A stretch of DNA of 64,000 nucleotides from an uncultured Chloroflexia bacterium (GTDB taxonomy: Bacteria; Chloroflexota; Limnocylindria; Limnocylindrales; CSP1-4): assembly GCA_963813335.1 (NCBI GenBank), contig CAWEYL010000001.1:96001-160000 (forward strand), given 5' to 3'. Below are positions 1 to 9,434 of the stretch, in pieces. The notes beneath the pieces are model-generated. The model searched no databases, was not told the DNA's origin, and saw nothing but the letters and a program-made list of their open reading frames with translations. The translations under genes were made by a program, and so were the position numbers. Each line of letters starts with the position of its first letter. Position 1 is the stretch's first letter.

Positions 1-53
1 GGGTTCGAGGCGCGCCCGGCCGTCGCGTCTGCCTGACCGCCGGGCTGTCCCGC

Positions 54-197
54 TCGGAACACGCAGCAGCCCATCCGACGGCCGTCGGATGCCCCAGGCG
101 TCGAACGGAACGTCGGACGAGCCGACTGACGCCGGACCACCCCAGAAGGATCATGCCGGCAGACGTCCGACGTCGGATGGCTCGTGAGGCGTTCCGA
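54..197. repeat. Nested inverted-repeat (REP-like) intergenic element
   Basis: TCGGAAC 54-60 pairs with GTTCCGA 191-197. CCATCCGACG 71-80 pairs with CGTCGGATGG 171-180. CGTCGGACG 111-119 pairs with CGTCCGACG 164-172. Perfect 20-bp palindrome CATCCGACGGCCGTCGGATG at 72-91. Confidence 0.6.
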
Positions 198-219
198 CGC
201 CGCGGACTCGGGCTAGGCC

Positions 220-402
220 GCCGGCGGCGCGGTGCTTGGCCGGGTCTACGACGCCGGCGGCGCGGTGCTTGGCCGGGTCTACGACGCCGGCGGCGCGGTG
301 CTTGGCCGGGTCTACGACGCCGGCGGCGCGGTGCTTGGCCGGGTCTACGACGCCGGCGGCGCGGTGCTTGGCCGGGTCTACGACGCCGGCGGCGCGGTGC
401 TT
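220..402. repeat. Perfect 33-bp tandem repeat, 5 full copies plus 18 bp
   Basis: Unit GCCGGCGGCGCGGTGCTTGGCCGGGTCTACGAC starts at 220, 253, 286, 319 and 352, with a partial copy at 385-402. No spacers. On the minus strand the unit contains the last codons and TAG stop of the LacI gene. Confidence 0.97.
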
Positions 403-1415
403 TCGCGGACGACGAGCTCGGTGGCGAGCTCCACGCGGGTCTGGACCGGCGGCTCCCCGCGGGCGAGGGCCAGGACCAGCTCGGCCGCGGCCACGGCCAT
501 CTCGAACAGCGGCTGGCGGATCGTCGTCAGCGGCGGCCCGACCCACTGCGCGACCGGCAGGTCGTCGAAGCCGACCACGCTCAGGTCCTCGGGGATGTGC
601 AGCCGCGCCTCGCGAGCGGCCTGGTAGACGCCCAGCGCCTGCAGGTCGTTCCCCGCGATGATCGCCGTCGGCCTGTCCGCCCGGCGCAGCAGCTGGCGAC
701 CCTTGCGGACGCCCTCCTCGACCTGGAACTGGCCGTGGCTGGTGAGCTCGGGATCGACCGGCACGCCGGCCGCGTCCATCGCCGCGCGGTAGCCGTCCAT
801 GCGCGCCCGACTGCAGAGGATCCAGTCCGGCCCGCCGACCACCGCGATACGGCGGTGCCCGAGCCCCAGGAGGTGGCGAGTGGCGGTCAGCCCGCCGTTC
901 CAGTTGGTGGCCCCGATGGACGGGGTGTCGTGCATCGGCTCACCCGTCGGATCGACCACCACGAACGGGATGCCACGCGTGCGCAGTTGGGTCCGGACCG
1001 ATTCGTTCAGGTCGCTGAAGACGGCGATGACGCCGGTCGGGTGGCGGGCCAGCGCTCCCTCGATCCAGCCGCGGCCCGGCGTCCGCCGGCCGTGCAGCTC
1101 CGAGAGGACGACCGCCATGTGCTGCTGGCCGGCCACCCGCTCCACGCCCCGGACGATCTCCAGCGCCCACTCCGACTCCAATTCGTGGAAGATAAGCTCG
1201 AGGATCGGCGCCGCCCGCTGGGAGCGGTCGGACCGGTGATAGCCCTGCTCCCGGATGGCCGCCTCGACGCGGCTCCGGGTCTCGGGCGACACATCGGCCC
1301 GGCCGTTGATCACCTTGGAGACGGTCGGCACCGAGACCCCGGCCTGGGCCGCGACACGAGCGATCGTCGGTCGGTCCGCCGGACGCCGCCTCGAACCCGT
1401 GTGGGATGTCGTCAT
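378..1415 (-). CDS. LacI-family transcriptional regulator (BxlR-like)
   Basis: N-terminal HTH PTIARVAAQAGVSVPTVSKVING. Sugar-binding domain with IPEDLSVVGFDD, PPLTTIRQP and LVVRESTAPP. ATG at 1415 sits 6 nt after a TACACT -10 box. Divergent from the sugar ABC operon. Confidence 0.93.
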   Translation of the reverse strand: MTTSHTGSRRRPADRPTIARVAAQAGVSVPTVSKVINGRADVSPETRSRVEAAIREQGYHRSDRSQRAAPILELIFHELESEWALEIVRGVERVAGQQHMAVVLSELHGRRTPGRGWIEGALARHPTGVIAVFSDLNESVRTQLRTRGIPFVVVDPTGEPMHDTPSIGATNWNGGLTATRHLLGLGHRRIAVVGGPDWILCSRARMDGYRAAMDAAGVPVDPELTSHGQFQVEEGVRKGRQLLRRADRPTAIIAGNDLQALGVYQAAREARLHIPEDLSVVGFDDLPVAQWVGPPLTTIRQPLFEMAVAAAELVLALARGEPPVQTRVELATELVVRESTAPPAS

Positions 1416-1428
1416 GGCGACAGTGTAT

Positions 1429-1554
1429 CGAAAGTTTCGGGCCGTGACGCGTCGAAATGTTGCAGCCGGGAGGTCGAACAGGCTCTTGACGGTACCCCTT
1501 CTGGTGCCTAAGGTTCGGTGCCGAAAGTAATCGTCCATAGGACCGAAACTTTCG
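1429..1554. promoter_or_regulatory. Divergent promoter region: LacI operators CGAAAGTTTCG (1429-1439) and its inverted copy CGAAACTTTCG (1544-1554), plus sigma70 promoter TTGACG-N17-TAAGGT (1486-1514, + strand)
   Basis: The two 11-mers are exact reverse complements, with a degenerate copy at 1522-1533. They fit the CGAA-Nx-TTCG site described for Streptomyces BxlR. The -35/-10 spacing is exactly 17 bp. Confidence 0.75.
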
Positions 1555-1652
1555 CTCGCGAATCCGCCTCGCCCGACCGGGTTGGGCGGGTGACCGCCAG
1601 GAGGAGACTGCCGAACCAGACATGCGCCGCACCCACCGAGGAGGAGTGTCGA

Positions 1653-3002
1653 ATGACAGGAGGGCGAGTCGTGTCCAACCCTAGGCGAACGCTGGGATTG
1701 CTCGGCGTTCTTGCATTGACGATCAGTGCCTGTTCCAGTGGCGGGGCTGCCAGTAGCGCCCCCGCCAGCGTCGCACCATCGACCCCGGCGAGCGTCGCGC
1801 CGACGACCGCGCCGTCGGAGGCCGCGAAGCCCGTCACGATCAACTGGTGGCACATCGCGACCGGTGACCCCGGCAAGGCCGACTTCCAGGCCATCGCCGA
1901 CGCCTACACCAAGGCCAATCCGAACGTCACGATCAAGATCACGGTCACCGAGAACGAGGCGTTCAAGACGAAGCTCGCCGCCACGCCGGGCGACGCCTAT
2001 CCCGACCTGTTCCAGTCGTGGGGCGGCGGGACGATGGCGGCCCAGGCGGACGCCGGGCTGCTCCAGGACATCACCGCCGCTGTGGCCCCCTGGAAGGACA
2101 CGGTCAACGCCGGTGCGATGAGCATCTATCAGTACAAGGGTGTCCAGTACGGGATCCCGTGGGACATGGGGATGATCGGCTTCTGGTACAACAAGGACCT
2201 CTTCCAGAAGGCCGGCATCACGGCCCCGCCGAAGACCTGGGATGAGTACCTCGCAGACGTCCCGAAGCTGAAGGCGGCCGGCGTGGCACCGCTCGCCATC
2301 GCGGGCAAGGACAAGTGGCCGTCGATGCACCTGTGGACCTACCTGGTCCTCCGCAGCGGCGGTGGTGACGCGCTCAGCAAGATGATCCAGAGCGGCGACT
2401 GGAACACCGATGCCTGCACCAACGCCGGCAAGGCGGTCCTGGCGCTCAATGCCCTGGATCCCTACCAGAAGGGCTACGCCAGCGCGGACTACAACAGCGA
2501 GGCTGCGTCAGTCGGCAACGGCAAGGCCGCCATGGAGCTGATGGGCCAGTGGGCGCCGTCGGTCCAGAAGGACCAGAGCATCGGCAAGGTCGGCCTTGGC
2601 GACAAGCTCGGCTGGTTCGCGTTCCCGACCCTGGCCGGTGGCGCTGGTGCTGCGACCGACGGTGTCGGCGGTGGCAACGGCATCGCCGTGGGCAAGAACG
2701 CACCGCCCGAGGCGATCGACTTCCTGAAGTTCTTCATGAGCAAGGAGAACCAGAACAAGCTCAACACCGACGGCGTCGGCCTCTCGACGACCGTGGGCAC
2801 GGAGAGCAGCGTCAGCGACCCGAACCTGCAGGCCGTCCTCGCCGGTCGCGGCGCGGCGACGTTCATGCAGCTCTACCTCGACCAGGCGACCAGCGGGGGC
2901 CTGGCCGCGGCCTTCAACGACGCCACCGTGGCGCTGTTCCTCGGCAAGTCCACCCCCGAGAAGGTCTGCCAGACCCTCACTGACGCGGCTGCCACGCAGT
3001 AG
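1653..3002 (+). CDS. Carbohydrate ABC transporter substrate-binding lipoprotein (BxlE-like)
   Basis: Lipobox ISAC, Ala/Ser/Pro linker, PDLFQSWGGG, GFWYNKDLFQKAGI and MELMGQW motifs. GAGGAG RBS before ATG 1653; alternative GTG start at 1671. Confidence 0.93.
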   Translation: MTGGRVVSNPRRTLGLLGVLALTISACSSGGAASSAPASVAPSTPASVAPTTAPSEAAKPVTINWWHIATGDPGKADFQAIADAYTKANPNVTIKITVTENEAFKTKLAATPGDAYPDLFQSWGGGTMAAQADAGLLQDITAAVAPWKDTVNAGAMSIYQYKGVQYGIPWDMGMIGFWYNKDLFQKAGITAPPKTWDEYLADVPKLKAAGVAPLAIAGKDKWPSMHLWTYLVLRSGGGDALSKMIQSGDWNTDACTNAGKAVLALNALDPYQKGYASADYNSEAASVGNGKAAMELMGQWAPSVQKDQSIGKVGLGDKLGWFAFPTLAGGAGAATDGVGGGNGIAVGKNAPPEAIDFLKFFMSKENQNKLNTDGVGLSTTVGTESSVSDPNLQAVLAGRGAATFMQLYLDQATSGGLAAAFNDATVALFLGKSTPEKVCQTLTDAAATQ

Positions 3003-3044
3003 GCGTCTTCCCGCGAGTGGATCACTCGTAGACTCGGGACCCAC

Positions 3045-3071
3045 GGGCGGGTCGGCTCTGCCGGCCCGCCC
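3045..3071 (+). other. Intercistronic stem-loop after the SBP gene (mRNA stabiliser or attenuator)
   Basis: GGGCGGGTCGGC-TCT-GCCGGCCCGCCC forms a 12-bp stem with one G-U pair. The position is typical of ABC operons that overexpress the SBP. Confidence 0.55.
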
Positions 3072-3095
3072 ATTCCTTCGGAGGCAAGCAGGGAC

Positions 3096-4031
3096 GTGTT
3101 TCGAGCCGACCCCCCGGATGCCAGCACGGGCCCGCGGCTGCCCGGGAAGTGGCTGACGATCGGTCTCTTCCTGCTGCCCGCCCTGGCGCTTTACCTCGTC
3201 TTCGTCATCATCCCGATCATCCAGGCCGCGCACTTCAGCTTGTTCAAGTGGAACGGTCTCGGCCCGCTCGAGGACTTCATCGGGCTCAAGAACTACCAGG
3301 TCGCCCTGGCGAGCGACGTGTTCTGGCAGGCGGTGGGCAACAACATGTTGGTCATCGTCCTGTCGCTCCTCCTCCAGATCCCGTTCTCGCTCGGGCTCGC
3401 GATCCTGCTCAACCGGCGGTTCCCCGGACGCGCCATCTTCCGACTGCTGTTCTTCGTTCCCTACGTGCTGTCCGAGGCGATCACGGGCATCGTGTTCAGC
3501 CTGCTCCTCCAGCCCGATGCCCTGGTCGATTCGGCCCTGCAGAACGTCGGGCTCGGCGGGCTCATCCAGGATTGGCTCGGCAACACGGAGATCGTGATGC
3601 TGACCCTGTTCGTGATCATCTCGTGGAAGTACTTCGGGTTCCACATGATCCTGCTGCTCGCGGGGCTGCAGGGGATCCCGCGGGAGATCGAGGAGGCCGC
3701 CCTGATCGACGGCGCCGGGCGCTGGCAGGCGTTCCGCTACGTGACGCTGCCCTTGATCGGACCCACGCTCCGCGTCTCGGTCTTCCTGTCGGTCATCGGG
3801 GCGCTGCAGCTGTTCGACATGGTCTGGGTCATGACCGGCGGCGGCCCGCTCACCGCATCCACGACCATGGCCGTCAACATGTTCAAGACCGGCTTCGAGA
3901 AGCAGCAGATGGGCTACGGCAGCGCGCTGGCCGTGCTCCTGTTCCTGTGCGCCCTCGTCGTGGCGCTCTTGTACCAGCGGTTCGTGCTGCGTCGCGACAT
4001 CGACGGCGCCGTGACCGCCTACAACGGATGA
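3096..4031 (+). CDS. Carbohydrate ABC transporter permease (BxlF/MalF-like)
   Basis: Multiple TM segments. EAA motif EEAALIDGAGRWQAFRYVTLP. Confidence 0.93.
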   Translation: MFRADPPDASTGPRLPGKWLTIGLFLLPALALYLVFVIIPIIQAAHFSLFKWNGLGPLEDFIGLKNYQVALASDVFWQAVGNNMLVIVLSLLLQIPFSLGLAILLNRRFPGRAIFRLLFFVPYVLSEAITGIVFSLLLQPDALVDSALQNVGLGGLIQDWLGNTEIVMLTLFVIISWKYFGFHMILLLAGLQGIPREIEEAALIDGAGRWQAFRYVTLPLIGPTLRVSVFLSVIGALQLFDMVWVMTGGGPLTASTTMAVNMFKTGFEKQQMGYGSALAVLLFLCALVVALLYQRFVLRRDIDGAVTAYNG

Positions 4032-4035
4032 GCCG

Positions 4036-4944
4036 ATGACGACCGAGGCATCCACCAAGGTGAGCGCGGAGCCGGCCGCCGTCATGGCCGTGGCCCGCAC
4101 CAATGCCGCGCGGCGCACGATCTCCGGGACCCTGGCGTACGCCATCCTGCTCGTGGTGGCGGCGGCGATCCTCCTGCCGATCCTGTACGCGTTCCTCGGG
4201 GGCTTCAAGGACAACGGCCAGCTGGCCGGGAACCCGGTGGCGCTGATCCCGGACCCGTGGGTCTTCGACAACTACGCCGACGTCCTCTGGGGCTCCAACG
4301 CCCCGGCGTTCTGGGGCGAGCTGTTCAACAGCGTCATCGTCGCGATCGTGGCCGTAGGGGTCACGGTCGGCTGCGCGTCCGCGGCGGCGTTCGTCTTCGC
4401 CCGCATGCGGTTCCGCGGCCGCGAGGCGATGTACACCCTGTTCGTGTTCGGGCTGCTCTTCCCGACGGCCGTGGCGATCCTGCCGCTGTACATCCTCATC
4501 CGCCAGCTCGGGCTGTCGGGCAGCCTGCTCGGGGTGGCGCTCCCGCAGGCCGCCTTCGGGCTGCCACTCTCGATCGTCATCCTGCGCCCGTTCTTCCGGA
4601 GCATCCCGATGGAGCTCGAGGACGCGGCTCGCATCGACGGCTGCGGCTCGTTCGGCTTCTTCTGGCGGGTGCTGCTCCCGCTGTCCCGCCCGGCGCTCGC
4701 GACCGTCAGCGTCTTGGCGATCGTGACGACCTGGAACGCCTTCATCCTCCCGCTGGTCGTCCTGAACTCCGCGGACCAGTGGACGCTGCCGCTCGGCGTG
4801 ATGAACTTCGCGACGACGTACAGCTCGGACGCGGCGCGGACGCTCGCCTTCACCGTCGTCTCGCTCATCCCGGCGCTCATCTTCTACCTCATCGCGGAGC
4901 GCCACATCGTGAGTGGTCTCACGGCCGGATCGGTGAAGGGCTGA
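4036..4944 (+). CDS. Carbohydrate ABC transporter permease (BxlG/MalG-like)
   Basis: EAA motif ELEDAARIDGC. C-terminal GLTAGSVKG. Confidence 0.93.
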   Translation: MTTEASTKVSAEPAAVMAVARTNAARRTISGTLAYAILLVVAAAILLPILYAFLGGFKDNGQLAGNPVALIPDPWVFDNYADVLWGSNAPAFWGELFNSVIVAIVAVGVTVGCASAAAFVFARMRFRGREAMYTLFVFGLLFPTAVAILPLYILIRQLGLSGSLLGVALPQAAFGLPLSIVILRPFFRSIPMELEDAARIDGCGSFGFFWRVLLPLSRPALATVSVLAIVTTWNAFILPLVVLNSADQWTLPLGVMNFATTYSSDAARTLAFTVVSLIPALIFYLIAERHIVSGLTAGSVKG

Positions 4945-7307
4945 TGGCGACCACCGAGACCAGCTACCGCGACCCCGCCCTCCCGGTGGAGGCGCGCGTC
5001 GCCGACCTGCTCGCGCGCATGACGCGCGCCGAGAAGGTCGCCCAGCTGGGCTCGCTGTGGGCCTTCGAAGTCGTCCCCGCGACCGGGTTCGACGAGGCGC
5101 GGCTGGCGGCGCTCGCCGCCGACGGCATCGGCCAGATCACCCGTCTGGCGGGCGCGACGAACCTGCGCCCGATCGAGGTCGCCCAGACCGCGAACGCGAT
5201 CCAGGACTACCTCGTCGAGGAGACCCGCCTCGGGATCCCCACGATCATCCACGAGGAGTGCCTGCATGGCCTCATCGCCTGGGCCGCGCCCTGCTTCCAG
5301 CAGTCCATCGGCGCGGCGGCGAGCTTCGACCCTCGCGTGGTCTCGGCGATGGCCGACACGATCCGGCGGCGGATGCTGCTGACCGGCGCGCGCCACGCGC
5401 TCGCCCCGGTCCTCGACATCGCCCGCGATCCGCGCTGGGGCCGCATCGAGGAGACCTACGGCGAGGACCCGTACCTCGCTGCCGAGCTCGGCTGCGCCTA
5501 CATCGAGGCGCTCCAGGGCCCCGACCTCGCCGACGGCGTCGTCGCCACCGCGAAGCACATGGTCGGCCACGGGCTGGCGGAGGGCGGGATGAACCAGGCG
5601 CCGGCCCACATCGGCGAGCGCGAGCTGCGCGACGAGCAGCTGTTTCCGTTCGAGGCCGCGGTGCGCCGCTCCGGGATCGCCAGCGTCATGCCCGCCTACT
5701 GCGACGTGGACGGCGTGCCCTGCCACGCCTCCAGTGAGCTGCTGACCGGCATCCTCCGCGGCGAGTGGGGCTTCGACGGGATCGTCGCCTCGGACTACAT
5801 CGGCATCGAGATGATCGCCACGGCTCACAAGCTGACGGCCGACCTGGGCGAGGCCGCCCGGCTGGCGCTGGCCGCCGGTGTCGATACCGAGCTGCCGCGG
5901 ACCGTCGCCTTCGGGGCGCCGCTCGAGGCCGCCCTCGAGGCCGGCCGGGTGCGCGAAGCGGACCTCGACGCGACGGTCGCGCGGATCCTCCGGATGAAGT
6001 TCCGGCTCGGGCTCTTCGAGCGACCGTACGTCCAGGTCCCGGACGAGGCCGCGCTCGACGCCCTGGCCGCCGATGAGGCGGTCGCGGCCCGCGCCCTCGC
6101 CGCGCGCTCGATGGTCCTCGTCAAGAACGACGGGATCCTGCCGCTCGCCCCCGGGCGACGCCGGGTCGCGGTCATCGGGCCGATCGCCGACAGCGCCCGC
6201 GACCTGCTCGGCGACTACAGCCACCTCGTCCACATGGAGACCTTGCGCGAGATGCACGAGGGCGTCGACGCGCTCGGCATCGTCGGCGACGGCGAGGTGA
6301 TCGCGCCGGCCGACGAGCTGACGGGCCGGCGGACCATCCTCGACGCGCTCCGCTCGTCGCTGGTCGACGCCGAGGTGCGCTATGCGCGCGGCACCGGCAT
6401 CTCGGCCGGGACCGACGACGAGATCGCCGCCGCGGTCGAGGTCGCCCGGACGTCGGACGTCGCGATCCTGGTGCTCGGCGAACGCTCGGGCCTGACCGAC
6501 GACTCGACGACCGGCGAGTTCCGCGACCGCTCGACGCTCGGTTTCCACGGCCGCCAGCAGGAGCTCCTCGACGCGGTCCTCGCGACCGGGACGCCGGTCG
6601 TGCTCGTGGTCGTCAGCGGGCGGCCGCTCGCCATCGAATCTGCCGCCGGGCGCTGTCATGCGGTCCTCCTCGCATGGGTGCCTGGCGACGCCGGCCCGGA
6701 CGCGATCGCGGACGTGCTGACCGGGGCGGCAAACCCGGGCGGCAAGCTCCCGATCTCGATCCCGCGGCATGTCGGGCAGGTGCCGGTCTCGTACCGGCAC
6801 CACCCGACCGGCGGCCACTCGCAGCCGAAGGGCGACTACGTCGACGGCTCCGTCAAGCCGCTCTGGCCGTTCGGATTCGGGCTCTCCTACACGACCTTCA
6901 AGCTCGACGGGCTGCGACTCGACTGCGGGGAGCTCGCCACCGACGGCGGGGAGGTCTTGGTCAGCGTCGACGTGACGAACACCGGCGACCGGGCCGGCGA
7001 CGAGGTCGTCCAGCTCTACGTCCGCGACGACGAGGCCAGCGTGGCCCGGCCGGTCCGCGAGCTGCGCGGCTTCCGGCGCGTGACGCTGGCGGCCGGCGAG
7101 TGCCGAACGGTGACGTTCCGGCTCTCCGCGGAGCAGTTCGCCTACACCGGCGCCGAGCGGTGCCGTGTGATCGAGCCGGGCACGATCGGCATCGCGGTCG
7201 GGACGTCGGCGGTCGACCTGCCGCTGACCGCGACGGTCACGCTCACCGGCCCGACGGTCCAGCTCCGCGAGCGGCACCGCTACCTGACCGAGACAACGGT
7301 TGGGTGA
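4944..7307 (+). CDS. GH3 beta-xylosidase/beta-glucosidase (BxlA-like)
   Basis: YRDPALPVEARVADLLARMT, HEECLHG, RDPRWGRIEETYGEDP, KHMVGHG, nucleophile region GIVASDY, PFGFGLSYT and a C-terminal Fn3-like domain. ATG overlaps the upstream TGA. Confidence 0.95.
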   Translation: MATTETSYRDPALPVEARVADLLARMTRAEKVAQLGSLWAFEVVPATGFDEARLAALAADGIGQITRLAGATNLRPIEVAQTANAIQDYLVEETRLGIPTIIHEECLHGLIAWAAPCFQQSIGAAASFDPRVVSAMADTIRRRMLLTGARHALAPVLDIARDPRWGRIEETYGEDPYLAAELGCAYIEALQGPDLADGVVATAKHMVGHGLAEGGMNQAPAHIGERELRDEQLFPFEAAVRRSGIASVMPAYCDVDGVPCHASSELLTGILRGEWGFDGIVASDYIGIEMIATAHKLTADLGEAARLALAAGVDTELPRTVAFGAPLEAALEAGRVREADLDATVARILRMKFRLGLFERPYVQVPDEAALDALAADEAVAARALAARSMVLVKNDGILPLAPGRRRVAVIGPIADSARDLLGDYSHLVHMETLREMHEGVDALGIVGDGEVIAPADELTGRRTILDALRSSLVDAEVRYARGTGISAGTDDEIAAAVEVARTSDVAILVLGERSGLTDDSTTGEFRDRSTLGFHGRQQELLDAVLATGTPVVLVVVSGRPLAIESAAGRCHAVLLAWVPGDAGPDAIADVLTGAANPGGKLPISIPRHVGQVPVSYRHHPTGGHSQPKGDYVDGSVKPLWPFGFGLSYTTFKLDGLRLDCGELATDGGEVLVSVDVTNTGDRAGDEVVQLYVRDDEASVARPVRELRGFRRVTLAAGECRTVTFRLSAEQFAYTGAERCRVIEPGTIGIAVGTSAVDLPLTATVTLTGPTVQLRERHRYLTETTVG

Positions 7308-8796
7308 TGCCCGGGCGGTGATCGACCCGACCGAGACGGTCGGGGTCGTCGATGAGCGGCTCTTCGGGTCGTTCGTCGAGCACATGGGCCGGGCGATCTA
7401 TGGCGGGATCTACGAGCCGGGCCATCCGAGCGCGGACGCCGACGGCTGGCGCCACGACGTCATCGACCTCGTTCGGCGGCTCGGGGTCACGACCGTCCGC
7501 TACCCGGGCGGCAACTTCGTCTCGGGTTACGACTGGGAGGACGGGGTGGGGCCGCGCGAGGCGCGGCCGGAGCGGCACGACCTTGCCTGGCGTTCCACCG
7601 AGCCCAACCTCGTCGGTACCGACGAGTTCTTGGCGTGGACCCGGCTGGTCGGCGCCGAGCCGATGCTCGCCGTCAATCTCGGGACGCGCGGCGCGCAGGC
7701 CGCGCGCGACCTGGTCGAGTACTGCAACGCGCCGCTGGGGACCCGGCTCGCCGACTGGCGCGCCGCCAACGGCCACGCCGAGCCGTACGGGATCCGGACC
7801 TGGTGCCTCGGCAACGAGATGGACGGGCCGTGGCAGATCGGCTACACGAGCGCCGCCGAATACGGGCAGCGGGCGGCGGACGCCGGCCGCGCCATGCGCC
7901 TGGTCGACCCGTCGATCGAGCTCGTCGCCTGCGGCAGCTCCGGATCCGGGATGCCGACCTTCGGCTCGTGGGAGACGACGGTGCTCGAGCTGGCAGGCGA
8001 TGTCGTCGACCACCTCTCGCTGCACTCGTACTTCGACCCGGCCGCGTACGAGACCGTCGACGACTACCTGGCTTGCTCGGCCGACCTCGACCGGATGATC
8101 GGGACGGTCGCGGGGATCGTCGACGGCGTGACGATGCGCCGCGGCGGCGGCCGGCGGATCGGGCTGAGCATCGACGAGTGGAACGTCTGGCACCTGGCCG
8201 AACACCTCGAGCGGGAGCGCGCGCGCGAGGCGCGCGGCTTCGAGCGGGCGCCCGCGCTGGCCGAGGACACCCACGACCTGGCCGACACCCTCGTGGTCGG
8301 CTGCCTCCTGATCACGCTACTGCGCCACGCCGATCGCGTCTCGATCGCCTGCCAGGCCCAGCTGGTCAACGTCATCCCGGCCATCCGCACGGTCGATGGC
8401 GGGCCGGCCTGGCTCCAGGCCTCGGCCTACGCGTTCGCGGACATCGCCCGCTGGGGCCGGGGGACGGTGCTGCGGACCGAGGTCGAGGCGTCGCCGGCGG
8501 GTGCCCTCGAGACGACCGCGGTGCACGACACGCGGTCGGGCCGGGTCACCGTGTTCGCCGTCAACCGGGCCGCGGAGCCCCTGGCATTCGACGTTTCGCT
8601 GCGCGGCTTCGACCCGATGGCCGTCGAGGGGCAGACCGTGCTCACCGATCCCGACCTTCGGGCGTGCAACACGGCCGCGAAGCCCGAACGGCTCGTGCCG
8701 AGACCCGGGAGCGGCGCGACCGTCGGGGACGGGCACCTGTCCGTGCCGCTCCCGGCGCGCTCCTGGAACGTCGTCCGGCTCGCGGCCCCGGCCTGA
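7300..8796 (+). CDS. abfA: GH51 alpha-L-arabinofuranosidase
   Basis: LFGSFVEHMGRAIYGGIYEPGHP, RYPGGNF, acid/base WCLGNEMDGPWQ, nucleophile DEWNVW and CQAQLVNVI. Confidence 0.93.
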   Translation: MGDARAVIDPTETVGVVDERLFGSFVEHMGRAIYGGIYEPGHPSADADGWRHDVIDLVRRLGVTTVRYPGGNFVSGYDWEDGVGPREARPERHDLAWRSTEPNLVGTDEFLAWTRLVGAEPMLAVNLGTRGAQAARDLVEYCNAPLGTRLADWRAANGHAEPYGIRTWCLGNEMDGPWQIGYTSAAEYGQRAADAGRAMRLVDPSIELVACGSSGSGMPTFGSWETTVLELAGDVVDHLSLHSYFDPAAYETVDDYLACSADLDRMIGTVAGIVDGVTMRRGGGRRIGLSIDEWNVWHLAEHLERERAREARGFERAPALAEDTHDLADTLVVGCLLITLLRHADRVSIACQAQLVNVIPAIRTVDGGPAWLQASAYAFADIARWGRGTVLRTEVEASPAGALETTAVHDTRSGRVTVFAVNRAAEPLAFDVSLRGFDPMAVEGQTVLTDPDLRACNTAAKPERLVPRPGSGATVGDGHLSVPLPARSWNVVRLAAPA

Positions 8797-8812
8797 CGAG
8801 GCGTCCCGTCGG

Positions 8813-9379
8813 CTAGCCCTCGGACGGCGGCCAGCGCTCCTCGAAGATGGTCTCCTCGCGCGGGCGCCGGGCGGTGCCCGGCGCGGCCTTCGGTGCCGTC
8901 GCGGCCTCGCTCGGATGGCCGAGCGCGACGACCGTCCGGACCATCCAGTCCTCGGGGAGGCCGAGGATCCCGCGCGCCGTCTCGCGGATGCCCGGCCCGA
9001 TCCAGGCGATCGCGCCGCCGATCCCGAGCATCGTCGTGGCGACCAGCATCCGCTCGGCGGCACGGCCGTCGTCGAAGGCGTTTGAGACCACGCGGTCCTT
9101 GGCGGCCGGGATCGCGATCGCGACGGCCGCGACGGCCTTCTGGAGCGAGCGGGTCGAGGGCATCCCGAGGTCCGCCAGCTCGCGGAGCGTTGCCGGATCG
9201 CGGATCACGATGAAGCGCCACGGCTGGCTGTTGCTGTTGCTGCCGGACCAGCGCGCGACGTCCGTGATCGCGACGAGCTGGTCGTCGGTCAGCGGCTGGT
9301 CGGTGAAGTCGCGGATCTGGCGGGTCCGGACGAGCGGCCGGACGCGCTCGATGGGGGAGGGGTCGGCGGAGTCTGGCAT
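8813..9379 (-). CDS. Nitroreductase-family protein
   Basis: RTRQIRDF, ARWSGSNSNSQPWRFIVIRD, LGIGG and VVALGHP motifs. Start position approximate. Confidence 0.85.
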   Translation of the reverse strand: MPDSADPSPIERVRPLVRTRQIRDFTDQPLTDDQLVAITDVARWSGSNSNSQPWRFIVIRDPATLRELADLGMPSTRSLQKAVAAVAIAIPAAKDRVVSNAFDDGRAAERMLVATTMLGIGGAIAWIGPGIRETARGILGLPEDWMVRTVVALGHPSEAATAPKAAPGTARRPREETIFEERWPPSEG

Positions 9380-9434
9380 CGGGCACCTGGCGAGAGCGAG
9401 CTCGGACATGGTGAGCATGGCACCATCTCTCGAG

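Noticed and set aside
1-36. Possible 3' end of a + strand CDS (GFEARPAVASA*), or a tRNA-like GGGTTCGAG att remnant
   Set aside because: Too short to support either reading. The 9-mer is in the wrong orientation to be a direct repeat of the tRNA-His 3' end.
220-402. CRISPR array
   Set aside because: The 33-bp units are head-to-tail with no unique spacers, derive from the LacI 3' end, and no cas genes are present.
151-1511. Repeat-containing ORFs 153..1511(+), 151..546(-), 232..627(+) and 236..661(+)
   Set aside because: They are translations of the tandem repeat and of the antisense or alternative frames of the LacI gene, with no protein motifs.
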